From Myxococcota bacterium (GTDB lineage: Bacteria; Myxococcota_A; Polyangia; Polyangiales; Sandaracinaceae): 10,822 nt of DNA. Below are positions 4,959 through 10,822 of this stretch, piece by piece. The stretch's first letter is position 1; each line of letters opens with the position of its first letter. Below the pieces are notes generated by a model, which saw only the letters and a program-made list of their open reading frames with translations, was not told the DNA's origin and did not search any database. The DNA lies in assembly GCA_036149055.1 (NCBI GenBank), contig JAYZQJ010000126.1:1-10822 (forward strand), given 5' to 3'. A program made the translations under genes and the position numbers.

Positions 4959-7738
4959 GCGGGGCACCGAAGGGCCGGACGTGGCTCGGCGTCTGGAAGG
5001 ATCTCGACCCGTCGACGCGACGCGTGGTCGCGGAGGCGGCGTGGGAGCATCCCAAGATCGGCAAGATGGCGACCCTCGCGCTCGCCCAGCACGACCGGGT
5101 GCGGCGGCAGACGGTGGAGCGCTGGCCGGCCGAGAAGCGGGCCGATCGATTCGCGCGGATGCGGCGGCTGCCCAACGCCCAGCTCGCGGCCGCGCTGCTG
5201 ACCCACTATCACCTCGCCCGCCGCGAGCGCCTGGTCGTCAGCTTCCTCGACTTCCTCAAGATCCCGAACCAGCGCGGGCTGATCGACAACATCGAGGAGC
5301 TCGAGGCGCCGGCGCGGAGCCGCATGGTCGCGGCCATCCGACGCATGGTCGCGACCTTCCCGAAGAGCCACGTGAAGCTCTTCCTCGACGTCGTGTCGTG
5401 CCAGACCTCGTTCGACGTCTTCCGCGAGTTCGACCTCGCGCGGCAGGAGTCGCTGGTCGACGAGGCGCTCGAGCCGAAGAAGCGCGCGCAGGCGCCCACC
5501 GACACCTTCGCCGGGCAGCTCGCGAGCGAGCTCGCGGACGAGCCGAGCGAGCCGCAGCGAGATCGCGCGTCCCCGCAGGAAGAGACGCCGCCCACCTTCA
5601 CCACCCTCGACCAGATGCTGATGCGCAGCGTCGTGTCGGCCGTCGCGGAGGTGCACGGGGCGCTCGCGCCCGAGAAGGTCGACGACCTCGTGGAGGAGGT
5701 GATCCAGCTCAACCTCGAGCGGCACCAGAGCTACTTCCATCGCGGCTTCATGACCGTGCTGCTCGGGCGCGAGCTGTCGCTGGATTTCCCGGAGGCGAGC
5801 GAGCCCCGGCGCGGCTGGTACGCGTGCGGCGCCATCCTCGGCTACAAGCGGCGCGGCGATCTCGACGCGGTGGTCGACCTCCTCGTCGGCCGCCCCGACC
5901 TCGCGCGTGAGCTCGCGCGTCCGGGCACCGGCTACGCCGAGGAGGTCGTGTCGGTGGTCTTCGACGCCTTCTGCCGGAAGGGCCGGTTCGCGGAGGCGGC
6001 GCGGTTCCTGACGCCGTCGGTGGTGGCCCGCGCGGGGGTCGAGCTCGCGCGCGGCGTCCTCGACGCGGCCTCCGGGCTGATCCGCGAGCGGCGCGAGGCG
6101 GACGCGCGCAAGCTCCTCGACGTGCTGCTCGCCGCGCTCACGGTGCTGCGCGAGGACCCGGACCTGCCGGAGGACTTCGAGGTGCTGCTCCAGCGGCGCC
6201 GGGCGCACTGTGCGCGACTGCGAGGCGACTTCGAGGGGGCGCGCACGCTCCTCGAGCCGCAGCTCGACGTCGCCGACTCCGGGGTGCGCTCGGACATCCT
6301 CGCCGACCTGGGCCTGATCGAGTGCGGCCTGCGCAGCCTCGCGGACGTGCGGCTGCCCCCGGACGAGCAGATGCTCGGCGACTTCGCGGCCCAGTTCGAG
6401 CCGGGCTGGAAGCTCTTCGAGCGCTCGAGCCGGGTCGCGGCCGGGGGGCGCAACCACGGGGACTTCTGCATCGGCATGGCGCTCTTCGCGAGGGGCGACG
6501 GCGAGGAGGCCATCCCGTACCTCGAGCGCGCGGTCGCGGGCATGAGCGCGGACCCGGAGCGCTACGGCCGCTTCGGCCCGCTCGACAGCGCGCGCCTCGC
6601 GCTCGCCACCGCGCTCGCCGAGACGACCGACCTCGCGCGGGTGCCCTACGCGCAGGACCTCTTCACGCAGGCGCTCGAGTCGAAGGCGAAGGCGCCGCAG
6701 TACATGTTGCGTCGTGCGCTCGCCGCGCTCGAGCTGACCGACCCCGAGGTGGGCGTCGAGCTGGCGGGCGCGTTCCACCGCTCGCTCGGAGCGAAGGCGC
6801 TGCCGGTGCTGTCGGAGACGCGCCTGATCCGTCACGTCCCCGAGGCGCTCGACGAGCTGCTGAGCGGGGCGAAGCGGACCAGCCTCGCCAAGCGGCGGCG
6901 CTGGGAGGCGGCGCTGACGGTGCTGGAGGAGAGCCACGCGATGCGCGAAGCGGCGAGCGGGGACGACGCCGCGGTCAGCAAGGAGCGCGCGACCGAGGCG
7001 CTCGACGTCCTGGTGGAGCTGGCGGACGAGGAGCCGTTCATCGAGGAGATGATCGAGCTGCTGGGCGACGAGCGCGGACCCTGGCGCACGGCGACCGACC
7101 CGCTCGACGCGCGGATCGTGCACGCCACGCTCTACGAGGCGCGAGGGCAGTTCGCGAACGCGGCCACCGAGCTCAGCCGGGCCTTCCACGCGACGCTGGA
7201 CGTGGACGACGAGTGGGCGCTCGGGAAGGCCGAGGCGCTGCTCGAGGACATCCGCGCGCTCGGCGGGGACGAGGCGGTCGAGTCGCTCGAGCCGCGCCTG
7301 CGGCAGTACAAGGAGGTCTTCGAGCGGCGGAGCCAGTCGGGGCTGGTGGTCCCGCCGACGGTGGACCCCGAGGACTTCTACGGGCTGGTTCTGGTGGTCG
7401 GCGGCAACGAGACGCAGCAGGCGCAGGACGACGCGATCGTCGCGGCGATCAAGGAGCAGTGGCCGAACGTGACGCTGATCTTCGAGCGCACGGGGTGGGC
7501 GTCGAGCTGGGGGGACCAGCTGAAGAACATGGAGGGCGAGCTGGCCCGCGCGCGCGTGGTGGTGCTGATGCGCTACGTCCGCACCATGCTCGGAAAGCAC
7601 ATCCGCAGACGCTGCAGCGAGCACGACATCCCGTGGGTCGCGTGCACCGGCAGCGGGCGCGCGTCGATGCTGCGGGCGATCGAGCAGGGGATCTTGCTGG
7701 CCTGGAGACAGTCGGGGGTGGCCGCGGCCGGACAGTGA
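4955..7738 (+). CDS. Large uncharacterised protein: N-terminal helical domain, TPR-like helical core, C-terminal DUF2325-like domain (927 aa)
   Basis: Long ORF with strong G/C third-position bias and normal amino-acid composition. TPR-like segments include RAHCARLRGDFEGARTLLE, IGMALFARGDGEEAIPYLERAV and HATLYEARGQFANAATELSRAF. The C-terminal LVLVVGG...ARVVVLMRYVRT...IRRRCSEHDIPWVACTGSGRASML resembles the DUF2325 pattern from memory. The CDS is secure; the domain labels are tentative. Confidence 0.88.
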   Translation: MGGAPKGRTWLGVWKDLDPSTRRVVAEAAWEHPKIGKMATLALAQHDRVRRQTVERWPAEKRADRFARMRRLPNAQLAAALLTHYHLARRERLVVSFLDFLKIPNQRGLIDNIEELEAPARSRMVAAIRRMVATFPKSHVKLFLDVVSCQTSFDVFREFDLARQESLVDEALEPKKRAQAPTDTFAGQLASELADEPSEPQRDRASPQEETPPTFTTLDQMLMRSVVSAVAEVHGALAPEKVDDLVEEVIQLNLERHQSYFHRGFMTVLLGRELSLDFPEASEPRRGWYACGAILGYKRRGDLDAVVDLLVGRPDLARELARPGTGYAEEVVSVVFDAFCRKGRFAEAARFLTPSVVARAGVELARGVLDAASGLIRERREADARKLLDVLLAALTVLREDPDLPEDFEVLLQRRRAHCARLRGDFEGARTLLEPQLDVADSGVRSDILADLGLIECGLRSLADVRLPPDEQMLGDFAAQFEPGWKLFERSSRVAAGGRNHGDFCIGMALFARGDGEEAIPYLERAVAGMSADPERYGRFGPLDSARLALATALAETTDLARVPYAQDLFTQALESKAKAPQYMLRRALAALELTDPEVGVELAGAFHRSLGAKALPVLSETRLIRHVPEALDELLSGAKRTSLAKRRRWEAALTVLEESHAMREAASGDDAAVSKERATEALDVLVELADEEPFIEEMIELLGDERGPWRTATDPLDARIVHATLYEARGQFANAATELSRAFHATLDVDDEWALGKAEALLEDIRALGGDEAVESLEPRLRQYKEVFERRSQSGLVVPPTVDPEDFYGLVLVVGGNETQQAQDDAIVAAIKEQWPNVTLIFERTGWASSWGDQLKNMEGELARARVVVLMRYVRTMLGKHIRRRCSEHDIPWVACTGSGRASMLRAIEQGILLAWRQSGVAAAGQ

Positions 7739-7759
7739 CGGCGCGGAGCAGGGGGGGAC

Positions 7760-8656
7760 ATGAAGGATCGCGCTCGCGTCGTCGCGAAGTGGATCGGGCT
7801 GGTCATCGGGGGACTGGCGGTGGTCGGGGTGGGGCTGTTCGGAGTGGCGACCTGGACGCACGCCGCGCGGGTGGAAGCCCGCTACGCGCCGCCTCGCCAC
7901 GCGCTGACGATCCCGACGCTGGACGAGGCCGCACGAGGGGAGGCCGAGCGGCTCTACCGGGCGCGGGGGTGCGCGGACTGTCACGCCGAGGACGGGGGCG
8001 GCGCCGTCGTCATCGACGCGCCGCCTCTCTTCGTCGCGGGCCCGAATCTGACCGGCTCGAGCCTCACGGGCGCGGAGATGCACGCTGCCGTACGCCGGGG
8101 GGTGGACGCGGACGGTGCGCCGCTGTTCTTCATGCCGTCGCACGAGTACGCGCGCATGCCGGACGCGGAGCTCGGGCTGATCGTCGCGCACGTCCGCGCG
8201 CTGCCGCCGCAGCGGCGAGAGCTGCCCGAGAGCGAGCTGCGTCCGCTCGGGCGGGTGCTCGCCCTCTTCGGAGTGTTCGACACGCCAATCTATCCGGCCG
8301 AGATCATCGACCAGGCGGAGCCAGCGGTGTCCGAGGCCACGCCGGGCGAGCTCGGGGAGCGCCTCGCGGCCGGGTGCCGCGGCTGTCACGGGCAGGGGCT
8401 CACGGGGGGACCCATCCCCGGCGCGCCCGAGGAGCAGACGGGGGTGCCCCGCAACCTCACGCCGCACGAGACCGGGCTCCGGGGATGGACGCTGGCGCAG
8501 TTCGAGGCGGCGCTCCGGACGGGCAGCACGCCCACGGGGCGACTGAACCCGAGGTTCATGCCGATCAGCGCCACCCGGCACCTGACCGACCCGGAGATCG
8601 CCGCGCTCTTCGCCTACCTGCAGGGGCTGGAGCCCCGTCCGTTCGGCGGGCGGTGA
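7760..8656 (+). CDS. Membrane-anchored diheme cytochrome c (298 aa)
   Basis: N-terminal TM helix and two CxxCH motifs (CADCH at 7970-7984, CRGCH at 8375-8389). Each is followed by an NLT motif (GPNLT, PRNLT) and a distal FMP motif, the likely Met axial ligand. A G-rich RBS lies upstream. Confidence 0.93.
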   Translation: MKDRARVVAKWIGLVIGGLAVVGVGLFGVATWTHAARVEARYAPPRHALTIPTLDEAARGEAERLYRARGCADCHAEDGGGAVVIDAPPLFVAGPNLTGSSLTGAEMHAAVRRGVDADGAPLFFMPSHEYARMPDAELGLIVAHVRALPPQRRELPESELRPLGRVLALFGVFDTPIYPAEIIDQAEPAVSEATPGELGERLAAGCRGCHGQGLTGGPIPGAPEEQTGVPRNLTPHETGLRGWTLAQFEAALRTGSTPTGRLNPRFMPISATRHLTDPEIAALFAYLQGLEPRPFGGR

Positions 8657-8659
8657 GCT

Positions 8660-9391
8660 TCAGGTGCGGAGCCGGCAGACGTAGGCGATCGAGTCGCCCA
8701 GCTCCTCGGACCGCTCGACGATCTCGAAGCCGCTCGTCTCCAAGAGGAGCTGGGTCTCTTGCGGGAAGAGCTGTCGGAGGCGCAGCTCCAGGGTCTGACG
8801 TGTCCCCGACTCGCGCTCGACGAGGGTGGTGGTGACGGTGAGCACTTGCCGGATGGCGTCGTAGTCGTAGCGCTCCTCCACCCGGCAGACGGCGCCGGTC
8901 CGTGGGTGCTCGACGCGCGGGATCGAGGAGGCGCCGCCGGCGAGGAGGCGAGGGTCCGGGAGCATCACGTCGAACGCGAAGAGACCATCCGGCGCCAGGT
9001 GCGCGCGGACCGTCGCGAGGAGCTCGTGGAGCGCGGCGTGGTCGCGGAAGTGCGCGATCCCGTTGAAGGGCTGCACGACGCGCTCGAACGAGCGGCGGAG
9101 GCGGAGCGTGCGGGCGTCGGCGTGCATGGCGGTGACGCGAGCGGCGACGGTGCTGGAGCACTCGCGCTTTCGGGCCTGGAGCGCCTCGAGCATCGGCGCG
9201 GAGGCGTCCACTCCGAGCACGCGGCGATCCTTCTCGGCGAGGGCCAGCGCGACGCGCCCGTCGCCGACCCCGAGCTCCAGGATCGTCTGGCCGGGGCGCG
9301 TGACCCGCTCGTAGAACGCGCGGTCGTGGGTGCGCTCGCGGAAGAGCAGGCGGTAGTAGGCGGGCTCGGTGTAGAGGGTGTCCGCTTCCAT
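8660..9391 (-). CDS. Class I SAM-dependent methyltransferase (243 aa)
   Basis: Motif I ILELGVGDGR, then GVDASAPML, ADARTL and HLAPDGLFAFDV. Start placed at ATG 9391 (MEADTLY) because the track start at 9559 overlaps the Rieske gene. Confidence 0.92.
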   Translation of the reverse strand: MEADTLYTEPAYYRLLFRERTHDRAFYERVTRPGQTILELGVGDGRVALALAEKDRRVLGVDASAPMLEALQARKRECSSTVAARVTAMHADARTLRLRRSFERVVQPFNGIAHFRDHAALHELLATVRAHLAPDGLFAFDVMLPDPRLLAGGASSIPRVEHPRTGAVCRVEERYDYDAIRQVLTVTTTLVERESGTRQTLELRLRQLFPQETQLLLETSGFEIVERSEELGDSIAYVCRLRT

Positions 9392-9405
9392 GGCGAGGGC
9401 TCGCG

Positions 9406-9416
9406 CGCTACATACC
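9406..9416. promoter_or_regulatory. CGCTACATACC motif in a divergent intergenic gap, identical to 4894-4904
   Basis: Exact 11-bp match to the motif upstream of the GMC operon, in the same orientation. Both copies lie directly upstream of a minus-strand gene. Confidence 0.4.
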
Positions 9417-9422
9417 AACGCC

Positions 9423-10493
9423 GTGGACGAGGTGCAGCTCGAACCGCCGCGCGCCCGCGGCACCAGCGTCGCGCGGGTGTCGAAGGCCTGGTACATCGCC
9501 TGCCCGGCGAGTGAGCTCGGGAGGAAGCCCCTGCGGCGCACGATCCTGGGAGTGCCCATCGTGCTCTTTCGCGGCGCGGGGGGATCGCCCGGCGCGCTGC
9601 TGGACCGGTGCCCTCACCGGAACGTCCCGCTGTCGATGGGCTCGGTGGAGCAGGGCCTTCTCCAGTGTGGCTATCACGGCTGGCGCTTCGACCAGGCCGG
9701 CACCTGTCGGCACGTCCCGGCGCTGTGCGCGACCGGGAGCGCGAGCGGGCGTGCGGCGACCGCGTTCGGGTGTCGCGAGCAGGACGGCTTCATCTGGGTC
9801 TGGCCGGACGCCGTCGCCCCGCCGGAGGGGGAGCCTCACCGCTTCGAGTACGCCGACGCGCCCGGCTACACCACGGTCCGGGAGCACGTCGTCGCGCAGG
9901 CTTCATTGCACGCCACCGCCGAGAACGCCCTCGATGTCCCCCACACCGCGTTCCTGCACGCGGGCCTGTTCCGCTCGGACGAGCGGGAGCGCAACCGCAT
10001 CGAGGTGATCGTGCGTCGATGGCACGATCGGGTGGAGGCCGAGTACCGTGGCGAGCCTCGCCCCGAGGGCGTCGTGGGCCGCCTGCTCTCGCCCGGCGGC
10101 GGCGTCGTGCAGCACTGGGACCGTTTCCTGCTGCCTTCGATCGTCCAGGTCGAATACCGACTCGGCGAGACCCACCTCTTCGTCAGCGCCGCGCTCACGC
10201 CGGAGAGCGACTACGTCACGCATCTCTGGCCGGTCATCAGCTTCAAGCTCCCGGTCCCGGGCTGGCTGGTCGTCCCGTTCCTCAAGCCGATCGCGCTCCA
10301 CATCTTCCGCCAGGACGCGCTCGTGCTGGAGCGACAGACGGAGAACATCCGGCGCTTCGGAGGCGAGCAGTACGTGTCGACCGAGGTCGACGTGCTCGGG
10401 CCACACATTCTTCGCCTGCTTCGTGCGGCGGAGCGGGACAAGCTCCGTGCGGGCTCCGAGCCGTTCGAGAAGCGGTTCGAGATGGCGGTTTGA
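9423..10493 (+). CDS. Rieske non-heme iron oxygenase alpha subunit (VanA/KshA-like architecture, ~356 aa)
   Basis: Rieske ligands DRCPHR...CGYHGW, mononuclear iron motif ENALDVPHTAFLH and distal IFRQD. The start is uncertain: GTG 9423 is preferred because ATG 9390 would overlap the methyltransferase start codon. Confidence 0.93.
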   Translation: MDEVQLEPPRARGTSVARVSKAWYIACPASELGRKPLRRTILGVPIVLFRGAGGSPGALLDRCPHRNVPLSMGSVEQGLLQCGYHGWRFDQAGTCRHVPALCATGSASGRAATAFGCREQDGFIWVWPDAVAPPEGEPHRFEYADAPGYTTVREHVVAQASLHATAENALDVPHTAFLHAGLFRSDERERNRIEVIVRRWHDRVEAEYRGEPRPEGVVGRLLSPGGGVVQHWDRFLLPSIVQVEYRLGETHLFVSAALTPESDYVTHLWPVISFKLPVPGWLVVPFLKPIALHIFRQDALVLERQTENIRRFGGEQYVSTEVDVLGPHILRLLRAAERDKLRAGSEPFEKRFEMAV

Positions 10494-10512
10494 GATCGCG
10501 ATAGCGCTCCAT

Positions 10513-10625
10513 CCCAGGTTGACCGTCTCGAACACCCAGGTTGCCCCGAAATCCGCGCCCCCGGCCCGCCGATCTCGGCAGTCTTGGGACCTGCATCGGG
10601 ACCTGCATCGAGGGCATCCTCGATG
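10513..10625. repeat. Cluster of short direct and inverted repeats in the convergent intergenic region
   Basis: CCCAGGTTG occurs at 10513-10521 and 10535-10543. GGGACCTGCATC occurs twice in tandem (10586-10609). A hairpin CATCGAGG-gcat-CCTCGATG lies at 10606-10625. Confidence 0.65.
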
Positions 10626-10768
10626 AGGAGCTCCCCAGAGACCCTTCGACCGACGGTTCGCGCTACTCAGAGCGGATTCGTACACGCCGCCCCCCAAGAC
10701 GGACGCAAGAACGCGCGGCCCGGGCCGTCACCGAGCCGCGCGTGGCCTTCGACGGCCTCTGAGCCGAG

Positions 10769-10822
10769 CTACGAGGGCGCCTTCGGCTTCCGCCGGCGCG
10801 TGCGGTGCGTGACCTGGCGCGG
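10769..10822 (-). CDS. 3' end of a gene entering from beyond the window (…PRQVTHRTRRRKPKAPS*)
   Basis: All 17 sense codons end in G or C and are followed by TAG at 10771-10769. The basic tail is typical of a C-terminus. The product is unknown. Confidence 0.55.
   Translation of the reverse strand, partial: PRQVTHRTRRRKPKAPS

Noticed and set aside
4955..7738. Calling the 927-aa protein a STAND/NLR-type ATPase or a known defence system
   Set aside because: I saw no Walker A/B, nuclease, TIR or SIR2 catalytic motif, and there are no defence or mobility genes nearby. A defence role remains only a hypothesis.
4892..8581. 1361-aa minus-strand ORF (4496..8581) as one giant protein
   Set aside because: It is antisense to the 927-aa and cytochrome c genes and has the R/L/H/V/E-rich composition typical of high-GC shadow frames. 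Only the last ~132 codons look like a real protein.
6322..8835. 837-aa plus-strand ORF suggesting an overlapping gene or frameshift fusion of the 927-aa and cytochrome genes
   Set aside because: Arg/Gly/Ala-rich off-frame translation. Both real genes have intact starts and stops, so no frameshift is needed.
9423..10493. Assigning vanA or kshA to the Rieske gene
   Set aside because: Only family-level motifs are visible, there is no partner reductase, and the substrate cannot be inferred from the sequence.
10541..10822. 73-aa ORF 10541..10762 and an open frame from ATG 10623 to the window end
   Set aside because: Weak third-position GC bias, no motifs and no clear RBS. The frame from 10623 also conflicts with the better-supported minus-strand gene tail.

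Overview
Very GC-rich bacterial DNA. The protein families suggest a myxobacterium (Polyangiales/Sandaracinaceae-like), which is an inference. The window opens inside a perfect (TCCGAG)n microsatellite. It then carries nine complete genes in tightly packed divergent and convergent pairs: a small Cys-rich lipoprotein (+), an ABC1/UbiB atypical kinase (-), a membrane-anchored protein with two tandem domains (+), a GMC oxidoreductase translationally coupled to a small partner gene (-), a 927-aa uncharacterised protein (+), a diheme cytochrome c (+), a class I SAM methyltransferase (-) and a Rieske oxygenase alpha subunit (+). The 3' tail of a further minus-strand gene sits at the right edge. The best candidate for undescribed biology is the 927-aa protein (N-terminal helical domain, TPR-like core, DUF2325-like C-terminus), which shares a mirror-symmetric, apparently leaderless divergent promoter with the GMC operon. 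Also notable are the UbiB kinase with ADCK2/Cqd1-type motif variants and an 11-bp motif shared by two divergent intergenic gaps. I saw no rRNA, tRNA, CRISPR array or mobile element. Most long ORFs in the supplied track are high-GC shadow frames. All family assignments come from motif recognition by eye; no searches were run.
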